This document shows positions 18,479-31,800 of a stretch of DNA of 64,000 nucleotides, piece after piece. A program made the translations under genes and the position numbers. The notes under the pieces were generated by a model that searched no databases, was not told the DNA's origin, and saw only the letters and a list, made by a program, of their open reading frames with translations. Source of the stretch: Balanoglossus misakiensis (lineage: Eukaryota; Animalia; Hemichordata); contig CM082588.2 of NCBI GenBank assembly GCA_040954595.2, positions 2,454,144 through 2,518,143 on the forward strand, in the 5' to 3' direction. Every line of letters begins with the position of its first letter. The stretch's first letter is position 1.

Positions 18479-19230
18479 TTTGATGTCTGGTTGATGGAAA
18501 TCGGGTTTGTACTTCCTTGTCACTGTTTTGCAATACAGCCAGTCCAAAATAGAAAATAAAATGGCGACGTTGCTAGATGCGCATTGCTAATGCGCATTGA
18601 ATTTCAGCGGCCTCTTTCGAGCACCCAGTAGATGTACTGTAAAGTTTAGGAAATAAACTGTATTTCTGAGTAAATTATCATTATTCATCATATAAAATGA
18701 ATTATCATAATTCTTCGTTTACTTATTAGTAATAATACGTCTCAAATGTGCACAGTATCTTCCTATCGTTCCGTGTTGTGAAAGAGGCCAAAAAGTTTGA
18801 CCCAATGCATGAAATGCAAATGAGGGCAATGTCATATGGGTGAAGGGTCACCTGTCACCTGATCACTGCCGCGAAATTTGCATCAAAGGTGAGCCAAGGA
18901 TATGATCAGTGCGATCGCGATCGTGAACGTGGGGCGTTTGTAGGACACCTAAAGCGACCGATCCTTGACTTAACCATTGTCGATCACAGAGGGAGTCTTG
19001 TCAGAGAGCATCCGAACACCATAACCGTGTACGTGTTCTGCAAGATGCTTTGCTAACTTCGGTGGGACGCGACGTGGACGCGCGATCGCATGGTTCAAGT
19101 AAGTGGGCGGGGCCGTGTTGTTGACAAAATCATATGTCATAGAAAGCACACACGTGCGACATTATTTTTTATCAGGCGATAGTTTTGTCGAGTCCTTTTG
19201 TGGAATTTTAAACTTCGGGTAAGTTTCTGG
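18479..19230. promoter_or_regulatory. CpG-rich divergent promoter region between MYCBP and ATM, with probable ATM non-coding leader exons
   Basis: Head-to-head genes, high CpG density, YY1-like AAAATGGCG near 18558, GC box GGGCGGGGC near 19105, plus-strand GTAAGT donors near 19099 and 19219. Confidence 0.6.
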
Positions 19231-19803
19231 AAGTTCATCAGGTCACGGTCACTCATAAATAGACCTTGATCGACATATGTAAATTACATAAACAGTCACC
19301 ATGGTGACCTGTGGATATGATAATTTGGGGTCAACTCAGGTCACAATCAATTGTGTGTGGACCCCGGGGGAATACTCCTAAGGGCCTATGACTCAACAAA
19401 TAATGTGTTTACATGTATATTTAGATTGCATAAAGTTTTGATTCTATTTTAATTTTTTGGGGCCCACAGATGAGTTAAACATGTGGGATTCAGCAAACAT
19501 GCTGGAAACATAAAAATGAAGCATTGTTGACTAAGTTCAGTAGAGTTAGCAACTTTTACGAACTTTTATTAAAGTTTACAAACTTTTACAAACTTTTCAG
19601 CGTTGGTTTAATTTCATGAAATCTAGCAGAAAAAGTTAATGCTTTCTTCTGGAAGGTGATACTGTGGTTATCTATTGTTATACTAGCTAGTGTGGTCACA
19701 AGCCACTCAATGATTGAAATATTTGTGCCTTTGTGAAGGAAAAATCTTGAAAAAGTTGTGTTTGTAATATTTCCTTGTAGATTTGTGACACTGAACTGCC
19801 ATT

Positions 19804-22800
19804 ATGAATGAGGGTATTGTGGAATTGATGTCTTGCTGCAAAGCCTTGGACTCTGATAAGGCTACAGAAAGAAAGGTAAGTATATGCACAAGACAAATAT
19901 TAATATAATCATATCCCATTTGGCCATTGACACATGCTCATGTATGGCTAATTAAAATGGAATGTCTGTACAATTAATTCTATATATATGCTGACCCATG
20001 CTTGTAAAAGTTTCGTTTGTGTTTACCTATTCCACATTCCCCATTTTATCTTCTCATTTACAGAGACAAATTGACAAGTTCAAACAACTTCTAAGTAAGA
20101 GTTCTGTTATCCAGTCTTTGGACAAGAATTCAGACTCAGAAAGAAGTTCAAAAAGTTTTACTTGGGGTCATGTCTTCAAAATTGTCAAGAGCTACATTGG
20201 TAAAGAAATCGAAACAATCAGAAAGGCCAAAGCAGGTGAGTTGAGCACATTTGAAAAGACGCAAGAAGTAATTGGATATACCTAGGATGAGCATATCAAT
20301 GTCCCATAAACATAAAAAAAACTGAGCTGCATGATTTCTCTCTTCTAAATTCTAGGTTCAAGTACAGCAATCAGTAATCGAGACAGAAGAAAACAGGAAA
20401 TCAGTACTTTATTCAAGTGGACCATCAGAGTGGCCAATAAACGTAAATGTTTAAATGTTTCATCAAAGTTAGATTTCACTTCCTCTGTTACTGTTCAATG
20501 ATAGAGGTTCACATTAAGGGCATATAATCCAATAAACGGTTCAGCATTCTGGGGGACAGAGAAGTGACGGTGGATGATTGAAAGAGAAAAGTGGTGAAAT
20601 GTAATACTGACATATTATTTTCCAATTTTTTTCAGGTGGCGAGAGACTGAAGAGTGGTGAGATAGTTCAGCATATTGTCGAAATAATGGAAGATGACTTC
20701 ACACGAGAAGCGTTCGGTGCTGATTACAGCAATGTCTTGCTGAAAGATGTTCTGGGAGTAAGGAAATATTGGTGCGAGCTCACTCCAAAACGATGGAATT
20801 GTAAGTCTTGTAATAGAGCCAAGAACCACCACCACCACTAGCACAAACTCACCAATAAAATTCATTGCACAGTTTCTGACAAATATTGGAAAACCAACCA
20901 CAAACAATTTTCAACTGGTAAAAGTTATCTTCTAACCAAGGAATTTCAGACAATTCTTTCCTTTTTGCTTCAGACTTGCTCAACATCTACTGCAGTGCAA
21001 TGTTGAAGCCTGTGTCCCGAATCAACCGAGACATCTTAGCTCGTCTTCTCTACGTGTTGGTGTCTGGTGCCACCATGCAATGTGGTCTGCAAGGGAGACG
21101 GTTCTTCACTTTCTTCAATGAAGCTGTGAAACAGCTCAGGTGACCGTGAGATAGAATACCACAGTCAACTTCTGTACTTGGAATAGAGATTTTTAGCCTG
21201 GGGTTTTAACTTTACTATTCCACGAACATGGTTCAGTCCAAACCCACTGTTTTCTGTGGTAAAGTTGGACCTCTAGAGGTCCATATAAAACAATTGTGGG
21301 TGTAGACCAAACCACGTTGGCGAAAGAGTCAAACTAGAACCTGTTGTCTTTTTACAGGACAGAGAAGAGCAGTGTCGTGTTGAACAACATCATAGCAGCC
21401 ATGAATATATTCTGCCGGTCAGTAGCTGTGAATGCACGGAGACAGCTGTGCAAGTTAGGAGAGGATATCTTTACAACTTTACTTGTGTTGTGGGCTGGAA
21501 GACCTTCATTGTCACTTAAGGTATTGACCAATCAATATGTGCAAAGAATTTTGTCAAATCCTCCCCTATTCCTCTGACATACAAGATTTGACCAAAATTA
21601 ATTGGTAGAAGGGCTGAAGTAACCTTGTCATTATGTATTTTGATCGTAGGATGAGATTGCTGAATTTTTACGACTTCAGATGTCGGTTCATCACCCACAA
21701 GGCGTCATTGAAGAGTCTTGTGGTGCTTATGCGAATGACTTTGATGTCTGGAAGGTAATGTTACAAGACTTGTCTTTTCCTACACTTTACTCCAAAGAAC
21801 ATTTTCCCGTCCAAGTCTGACAGAAACACCTAGCTAGACTAGTATTCCCCTTTATCAGAAAAAATATGGCCACGTCGAAACAAATGTTGCTGAGACCACT
21901 GGATTTTATCTCTGGTGTTGTTTGACTTTTTCAGAGTCATTTACGGAAGTTATATGAAGCTATCTACAACGATTTGCGACAACGGGAAGGAAGGACTAAA
22001 TTTTCATCAAGGTGAGTTGAATCTCTGTTGTTGAGAACATGGTGGAAATTGTTGGGCTTGTTTAGTACATTTTACAATCATGTCATCTCTTTTTATTTTG
22101 GCCATTTCAGTGCACGGGAAACTGCGATGAAATCCTCCTATGTTGATCTTGCAGCAGACGTTTTCCATCAGGTAGGGTGTGAAGCTCTCTCACATTTTTC
22201 AAAGTTCATCACCCCAGGTACCTTTGTGTGGACCGATTAGCAGGGACTGATCTGCAATGCTTCTCATATGGACTCAGAATGTATAGTATATATAGCTTCC
22301 ATTTGTTTTATGGTTAGTTTACAATGATCAATATAAAGTTTTTTCTCAAAAAAATGATTATTTTTTCATCAGATATTGGCTGAGCGGAACAGCGAGATAG
22401 ACGTCACCCAGATGACTTTCAGCAGCAGTACACAGACTCCGCACGGAAATCGGGCCAAGAAGAGACGAATTGAGTCCGGCTGGGAGATGATCAGGGATGC
22501 TGTCACTCAACTGGCACAGACCAAGGAAGCTATTCCATGGTAGGCCATCTCTAAATTGCAGTGTTTTATCAACAGACAAACCAACTGATGCCTTCTCGTG
22601 CCATTCTTGGTCACTTGCAATGAGCAAGTACTGAGTAAGAATTAGACTTGACCACAGTCATCATGCTTGATAGCCTAGTTGTCTTTATTTGTATTGATTC
22701 TTACCTGTGAAGTATCAATGTGAATTTTGATCTTAAAAACCCTTGAACTTACAACATGCTGCACTAAGGGTGCTCCAATGCGGTAATGAGTGCTTGCCTA

Positions 22801-25800
22801 CTGTAGTATGCCTACATGTATATAATTTATATTCATGTGTGTCTGTGAATCAGAAAAAGTCTTTGGCAATGTTGAAGTGTTGAGTTCAGATATAGTTGTG
22901 TGATATTTGTGCGTCGATCTGCAGATACATGCAGATAGTAGGGCAGATGGAAGTTGCTGATGTGAGCAGAGCAGCCGTACAAAGCAGTTTGTTTGGCAGA
23001 TGACCGGTGACAGACCCCATCTTCAGATAGGTGTGTCGTTTCCAGTCTTGTCTTCCCATTCGTTGTGCTTGAGCATAGCGTCCATTGGCACAGCTGGCCA
23101 TATTTTCCGCTCGTGCTTGTTTTCCTCCACTACGGTGTTGATGCCGGTGTTGCCACTGCCGGTTTCTCCACTCTCTTCCTTGGCCAGTGCCTTCAGTGGC
23201 TGCTGTATTTCCCGTGACTTCAATCTGTCGTCCGTCAGTCGATGGTTGCCATGGATCAACTGCACGGGTTCGTCACCTTGAAGCATTTCTCTATCGGCAT
23301 TTCTTGTTTGCTGTTTGCTGTCATCTTCAGCAGAGGTGTCCCCTGTCTTCTTCTTGTAGTGCGGCCAAAACGGATAACTGGATTGACGTTTTTTACGGCC
23401 AGCCAACACCAACTCTCCCTTCTCTGACTTGTCACTGTCTTGCATCAGTGTGTGATGTTCTGCGTCCTGCAGCGGAGCAGACTTGTCGTCATGGTCACCC
23501 GCCTCAAGCCAGTGTTCGGATACTTGTACCTCAACCACATTCTCTTGCCATAAATATGGAGAGGATCTGGTCAGCTTTACCAGGACAGCAAGCCAAATCA
23601 TAAGCAAAAACCTGGTCAAATACATGACTTTCCTGCATAAATGGGGCAAAAAATAAAAACAAATTGCAATTTTGTAATGCTGCCTGAAATACCTTACATC
23701 CTGTACTTTGAGTGCTGACATTAAAATCAGAATTTGCAAGTTCAATGAGGTACCATATTCCACCCCACATAAGTTCTAAACAAGTACGTTGAAATTGTGC
23801 ATGATTTCAGAAATTTGGGGAAATATACATTTTACAAATGAAGTTGTGCGTAATTTGGGAAGAGTAGAGGAACAGGAGGTCAAAATTGACAAAACAGCGA
23901 TGTTATAAGATTTGGCAAAAGTTTCTTACTTACATCATCCAGTACTGTTGAATTATGCAAAGTTTTCTCGTTCCGACACAACCCTACAGTGTTGAAACAC
24001 AGAAAAATTTTCGGCTATATAGCGCTGTGCAATCTGCAACGTGTGCATTTAGCTTTGAAGTGGCAGTGTGCAGGGGTGTTTTGGGTGGGTGTGTCAATCA
24101 CTTGCAATCATTATAGCCACATCAAACCAATTCCCTGTTTCTCAAAATGGCGATTTTAGTCCAGTTTTGTGACTTAAATATTGATTGTACAGATTGCTTT
24201 CAGGCCAACATGAGGTGTCTTTTTTTCGTTTCATTAATTTATAGCATGGTAAAAAACCTTAAAGCTTTATTGGCATGTGATAGGAACAACCCATTGCTGA
24301 TTAAGGATTGTGTGTCAAGGAAGTAAAAAAAAATATGTAAATTAAAGGAAATAAAAATGTCAGAATTGTAAAATTAGGTGTAAAATATGTCATAATGGAT
24401 AATTACAGGTACCCGGTACAAGGCAGTAACAGTATGATCGGATTCTTATGATTAATATCTTGTATTAGGTCTCCACAAGTTGGCACCAGAATACAGCTGT
24501 TGCAAAAAAAGTTTGTGTTAATACGTACATTGCCCGTGCTGACAACAGTAGAAAGGAAACATGATCAGTACATCCAGCGGTAGTTACATGTATGGACAAC
24601 TGTGTGTGTGTGTGTGTGTGTGCTTTGTAACCCACCAGATAAGTTCTGCTGTATCCATCATCATGCATCTGTGGACACGAACAAGTGTCCTGGTATTGTG
24701 TCCAGAAATGTCTCCATGATGTCCAATGAAAACAACTTGTATCATTTGGTGCTTTTCTGTCCAGATAAGTCGTCTAGTCACGCTGTTCTGTTCGTGATCC
24801 CGTGAAACACAGTTGCTCTGTGAGTGTCATATCACCTGAATGTATCAAAACTGAAATGTCCGATAAAAATGCACTTCTCAACACCACTTAAATTTGACAC
24901 TTGTATAAGCCCGAGTTATGTGTGAAAACCACTCCAGTAGTACTTCAAAAGTCCTTGAATTTTTAAGTGACTTTTTCAAAATGAATAAACCCTGACCGTA
25001 CCCTCTCACGATGCTCGTACAATGATTGATGGGAATATAATGGGATAGTGCAACAGACAGGACCGTGAATGTCTGTGTTTAAATGTGTAACATGCTACTC
25101 CAATGAATGTGGATTTTGTCATTTACAAGAACTCTGAAATTAAAACAGTATACATGTGGAGATCCGGAGTTTCCATATCGTCGGTGTTAATTGTGTGGCA
25201 GTTATTTGTTCACAAGTTTCATCCATCGTCATTGTTTCATTGCTGCCATTTCTTACTAACACACACTCACACATCAATCTCAAATATCTCCCTATACATG
25301 GATGCAACCGTCATACTGAGTGTACAGCATAAGTTTCCACCCATGTCAGTGTCTAGGCCACTCCAAGACCAACCCTGCAACTTGGTGACCAGGAATAGAA
25401 ATCACAGAGACCATCATGTTTGCTGACTTCTACTTTCATTTATTTCAAATCATTTCCACTGAAAAATTACATTGGTTTCAGAGCTAGAACTATGTTCCTC
25501 CTCAGAGAGATTTTTTGCGGTTTTTCATTTCCATTGCACACCTGCCCAGCGCCTACTTTAAAAATTGAAATCATGTTTGTAAATCTAAAACATGTTTCTT
25601 TGCAAGCTGTTATTTTAAAAGCTGCGTGACATGGCTGGTTTTTCGTTGTTAGAGCTGAATAACTTCCATCTCAGATCAGTGTTCCTTGCCTTGGTTCCCG
25701 TTGGCCTTCTGCCCAATTTCCAATGGTAAAGCTGGCCACACTTTGTTAGGGTCAGCCTGCTCCCCGACTCCGTCTCCCTGGTGATCGACCACCTCAACAC

Positions 25801-28800
25801 CACTGCCGTCATGGCGATTCTGAGCTGCAGACAGCATTTGCAGAAGTTCCTCCATGTCACCGTCGCTCGGACCACCATTTGCCAGTGCGTAGTTTCCATC
25901 AGCAGGACCAGCTGGTTCGTTGTCACGGAGATTCACTTTGCGGCCATCGCTGTTCCCGATATCTGGAAATGCCACCCACATTGGATAGTTTTGCTCAGCA
26001 GCCATAGGTTCTATCTCCCCTCTCTTTTCATCTGCCATGGCCACATTCTGTCGAGGTGGAGCTGACAGGACAGGTGTAGCCATGGTAACAAACCAAGCAA
26101 ACAGCAAGAACTTGGTCAGAAACATTGTCCTGCAAGAGGTTTTAGAAAACTTGTGATGTGATTTTGAATTGTCACAGCTATAGGTGAAATATGTTTTCAT
26201 GCAAGTGTTGCTAATTTCTGCCACCTTTGTCTACCTAAGATGCTGACCACTAATAGCAGTTTCAACAAGAGAGTTAAATAAATAACAGAATCCGTCAAAA
26301 AATCATTGGTTTTGGCATTTTTGAGCAGTTAGACACCTACCTTTCACTGGTACGTGTTTTGTTGAGTTCTATATCTTTTATGGATGTCTGTGTTACACCT
26401 ACGAAGTGTTGAACAGAAATAATCTGTTTCTGGTTAAACAGTATCGCAAGATGTGCAACGTGGTCGCTCAAAGTATTTGAGTGGATTCTTCTGGGGCGTG
26501 CCAGTTACATACAATTAATTGCTGGTGCCACGTCAAATCAATTCTGTTCGTTAAAAAAAAACGTTTTCTCATAAAAAGTTTTTATGTGAGCTGATGTAAA
26601 AAAATTCAGATCTGTGAAGTTGTAAGATCATATTTATGATTTATATCATAGATTTCCAGAAGGAGAATTTGCACAGCATTGCCTGTTGAATTTGTATCAA
26701 ATGGACATGTTGCCTGGATACCGGTTTTAAACCAGATAAGAGAACGCCAACCCTAACAGTCTCAACAAAAACTGTACAAACAGTTTCCGGTGAATTTATC
26801 ACATTGGAAATTATCTGTCAAAAAGCATTTAAAATTTAGCCAGGGGAGTATGTTTTCTAAGCCAATGACTCATTAATTGGGTTAAAAAGTACATAAGGTT
26901 TTATATTATAAACTCTGATCGAATGTCGGATGCCAAAGATCGTAGGTCAATATACTGCTCAGACGAAAGACTTGTTTTGCTAAGTGTTGGTACACATGAT
27001 TTCAGTCATGATTTTATGCAATAGCTTTAAATCATATCGTCAAGTGGAATGCCAATATTATAATTTCTATGGAAAGGGCCTGACACAAACAGGTTACGCT
27101 CACCTGCTGTGTGCACCTGGTGCCGATTAACACCTGCTGTTTCAGTGGTTCAGTGTTCTGTTTCTAACGTAATGAACGATTACCTCATATCATGGCCCAT
27201 AGAGTTTTGTGCCACGTGTCATATTTGATTTGGTTGACAACATTGCCTGCGCGATAATGGATGCCAATGATAAATACTTGTATGATGAGTTGCGTTGTCT
27301 GGTTTGGACTAGTATAATACTTTTAATAATGGATTTGTTTTTTTACTAATTTAAAAAATATATTAATTCAGACACACACACACACATACACACTGCAAGG
27401 GGTCTTGCAGACTGAAATTAATACAGAGAGAAAAAAGACAAGTCAAAATGTCTCTTACTGGATACAAGCAAAAGCTTTATTACAAATCAACCAAATTAAT
27501 ATAACTTTGGTACATAGATCTGATGAAGAGCTATTTTGTGTGTGTTTTATTGGTCTAGAGTTTTGGTGATCATTATGAACTTGCTGCTTACAGTCACTTG
27601 CGACTAAGACTGATGTAAGTTAGGTTCTTGTGCTTTAGGGCCCCTTTCTTTGCAGAGTTAACATTTCTTGTCATGAGTGAATCAGTCGGAGTAGAGGAGA
27701 AAGCCGCTGAATGTGGAGTAGATGTCATGGCCGTCGGCACTTCCACCCCGCAGTGTGTAGCCGGCCTTCAAACGGATGTACATCCTGTCCTCTTTCATCA
27801 GGTGGAGGATGGCGATGTTGCTGCCGGTATCCACGGCGATACTGGAGATGAAGTACTCATCGTTGCGGACCAGGTCGGCGTGTGTCTGTCCCATCTCTTC
27901 CTGGGGCATCACCGTCCAGGAGAAGAAGTAGGTCCCGCTCACGCGGACGTTGAAGATTCCGGTCGCTCTGTTGTAGTCGCCGCCGACGTCGGTGTAGACG
28001 TGGTCAAACTCCACTCGCCTGTCTGTGTCGACGGGGCCAATGGCGTACGACAGCCCGACACAGAACGCTGATTTGGATGAGGAGTCAAGCGCCATACCAC
28101 CATGGACCATTTGGTTGGCTGTACCCATGGAACCTGGTGGCCCCACAGGTCCTTGTTCCCCTTTGGGTCCAACAGGCCCTGGTAGGCCAGGTTGTCCTGG
28201 CAACCCTGGAGGCCCTGCTATGTCACTGCGGTCGTTCAGGATAGAGCCTGTCTTACTGCTGGGGCCAATAGGACCACTGTTGTCATCAGATTTTGGTACC
28301 ACCTGGTGACCCAGCACAGGTGTACAACGAGCAAGTAGAAACAAACCAACGAAAATCTGAAACATCTGAAAATATTAAAGGAAATAAATTTTATTGAAAT
28401 GCAGTTGATACATGTACTGTTTTCTGATCAAGTCTGATATAGCTACAGAAGGGATTATCTGTGGTAGTTTCAATATTTTGCTGGCAGAAAAGTTGTGATG
28501 GAAATATTCGTGGAAATATTTGTGTGTATGTCTGGTATCATAGTCTGTAATCAGATTTCATATCAAAAGCCAGACAAGGAGAGAGACTTAAATACATTCT
28601 AACATTACGTCATGAGTAGACCTTGTGAAGTGGTGTGACCTATTTTTGCTATTGAGAATCCTGCTGCGTGGCACAATTTTACGACATGGTTTTCCACTGT
28701 TGCACAGGCATTTGCTATACTATGTGTTGTGGTAGTTTCTTGTTCATCGGAGAGTAATGATCAACCAATCTTTTGGAGCTGAGTATTTTGAGTGAATTTG

Positions 28801-31800
28801 ATTTCTTTATGTTCATTGGTGATTTCTCAGAGTCTAGTAAGGGTTATCTGTCATGACGTTTTATAGATCTGAGGTACATGTATAATACACTGTTGCATAA
28901 CTGATTATTATTCTGGTCCAGTAATGAAAGTAAAATTCGCTCATCATGCTAACTGAATGAAACTTCATCTTAAACTTGACTCACCATGTTTTTGCCGGTC
29001 CAAATGCTATATGATTTGTTTTCAAAGCTGTAGTCAGCTTTTTCTTCTGTTAAACTTGGCTGGAAACTGTCGGCTAACAATCTCTACACCGTGTCAGCTC
29101 TTCAATTCTGTGGTTTAAGTAGCCATTTTATCACGCCTGTCAATCATTCATGGTTATTCGTGTTTCAACCAATCACCAGCTTCAATACAGCAACAGAGCA
29201 TGCCATTTCCTTCTGTGGTGCTGTTTCATTGGTCAAAAGTTGGAGGCCTTGAAAACTGATTAGTAATTCCTTCACCTACTACACCCATAGATACTGGTTC
29301 CAATAGAGGAATGTTGTCTGCGTGTTTGTTCACCCAGTATACATGAGTCTGATATTCATAATTTCAGAGCATGAAGAAATTAGGAATTTATTACATGCTA
29401 ATCAGACATTAAAGTAAACAGTGTAGACATGAAACTTGGTTATTGCCAAAAAGAAGTGCAGCCATTTTAAAAGAAATCTGCTGGGTATAATTTTATTTGC
29501 TAACTCTTGATGTTCAATGTGGGACTAGTTTTGTACATATTTTTTAAGTTGAAGAGCAAACAAAGGTCTTTGGGATTGAAGTGGTGTCAAGTTTTTGTGA
29601 CTTGTCATGTACTTGTATTGCTAATGTTCGCATTGACGAATTATGTCGACTTTGAGTTCATGGAGGTTGTATTATTGGCCCCAACAGAATGGTCTAGTGT
29701 GGTCCATAGCATCTCTGTATCAAGACTTCAAAGATTGGTGAGGAGACTCACAGTTTGGATTAATGCGAAAAGTGTCTACCAGAAAAGTAGGCTGGTCATC
29801 CATGAGTGTTATTCAGAAAATAGTGCCATGACACAGTTTCAAAGTGATACGCAAATTGTTTGGGCGAGGGCAAAATAGGTTCACCCAGACATGGAACTGT
29901 CGAGAACACACTCTTTATCAATAGAATGTTTGATACATCACGTAATCACAGACTTTGCTGTCAGTCATTACAACATGTAGATGCCACGTATACTACGTAT
30001 CTTTCCTGTTTGCGGGATCTGTTCTGAGGACATTTGGGCATTTGCACAAACACAGCTTTTGCGGTTAAAGTGCCGACTGAGGTACCTTTTCATGTCTGCC
30101 CCTGACAGAGACTCTTATATCTGCTTTGGTCGGGAGGATATCAAAGAATCCAATTGCTTGGCAACAGTTGCCATGCTGAATTTACAACTGATGCATATCT
30201 ATCATCATCCAATACATTCTTTATGATTCAAACAAGTCATTTTGAAATCAGCACGTGTGTGGTCGAAGTCTCCCGTTCCTTAAGTGCTGCAAATCCAGAT
30301 GTTAATACCGTTTTACGACATGACATGCCAGTATTGGGTGGTTACAAAACTATGGAGTCTCCTTGCAGAGTGGTTGGTTCCCAGCTGGGTTTGTTTTCCT
30401 CTCAAGACACCAGACATCTCAAGGAGTCGAACAACTATCTATTATAACACAGATCATTCAATTACAAAGTATATGATTTTTTTATGTCAATGTGATGGTA
30501 TTGGAGCAAAAATGTTTCTGTGGTATGAAAGGCTTTAGAAACATTTTTGATGATTTCTTTTTTCCACACCAGTGAAGTGTGTGCTGCCATCAACGCCGGT
30601 GTTCTCCATCAAGCCAGATTTAGAGGTCGCCCTCCAGTGTAATTAAGGGAATCATCATTCCTTCTACACACTCTGGTTCCATGCCTCATTTCCCACGTGA
30701 TTTCCCATTCCGTCATAAACTTCACTGAGACATTGCATTTAACATACACCGACACAATGACAAGTGTTTCCAGTTTTATTAGTAAACAATAATGAAGACA
30801 CATGAATTCATCTTTCTGTGGTGTTTTCTCATGATAAAAACTCTTTAATTGGACACATAGAAGATATTCTTCTTGCCACTAAATTGAGTCACTTTTGACA
30901 TGTCCCTTTGACCAAACAGAAATAATTATCATTGAAGTCAATTTCCCACAGAAACGAACACTCTTCTACATCAACCTGAATCACTTTAGACACCCACAGC
31001 AACAACTAAGAATTAAATTGGGGGAGACTTTTCTGTGGTTCAAATCCTACAACGTGAAAATGTTTTCTGCATTTATTTGTCTGGGTAAAGCAAATATCCA
31101 ATCAAGTTTGTCGTGAAAAATTCCCTTCCCCACAAACATCCCCCTTTGTTCAGAATGATTTTTATTTTGTCGCCTTTTTTCAAGCGAAGAATTGCTTTGG
31201 TGGCGCTGGAATCTGCCATCTTTTCTTCCATTCCGTACGCATATGCACTGCTTTCGAAGACGTCGTTCTTGAAGAGAAGTGCTGTGGCACTCCGACAGTT
31301 GCCAGGTTTGAAAATATGCAGATGGAAGACGTAGACACCCGGAATCCTGCAGACGAATTCACCCTTCCCTTCATCGTAATCCCGACCGATGTTGACCTTG
31401 ACTTCGTTGAAGTTGACGTCCACATTTCGGTCCTCGTCAGCTTTCAGCATGCCGATAAACGACACGTGAAACGCTGACCGTTTGTTCAGTGGTGGGTTGT
31501 ACTTGGACTTTTTCTTCTTTTCGCTTGCCTTGTCCTTGCCCTCAGTTTCCACATCAGATTTGGATTCTGATCCAGCTTCGGGTTTAGACTCAACATCAGC
31601 GTCAGATTTGGACTCATCTGCTAAACATACATAGGCCGTTATGATAAGACCAAGTAGAACGATGATACACCTCAGCTTCATGATTGTCTGTGCTGCTGGA
31701 AAAATAAAAAAAATGTCCAGTTCTTCACATCTGCTCAACGATGTCTTTTACTGACCAATTTAAATTGCATTTTTCATTGGCAACTTTCCCCAAGTAGCAA

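Noticed and set aside
23356-23376. YPFW as an endomorphin/opioid-like peptide
   Set aside because: Opioid activity needs a free N-terminal Tyr. Here Tyr is preceded by QSS after the cleavage site, there is no amidating Gly, and the paralog reads YPMW.
24465-25426. A third peptide gene between paralogs A and B
   Set aside because: Short ORFs lack a signal peptide and the shared motifs, and several run through a TG microsatellite.
29507-30538. Several plus-strand ORFs in the large ATM intron
   Set aside because: No recognisable domain, no coherent splice pattern and composition typical of non-coding DNA.
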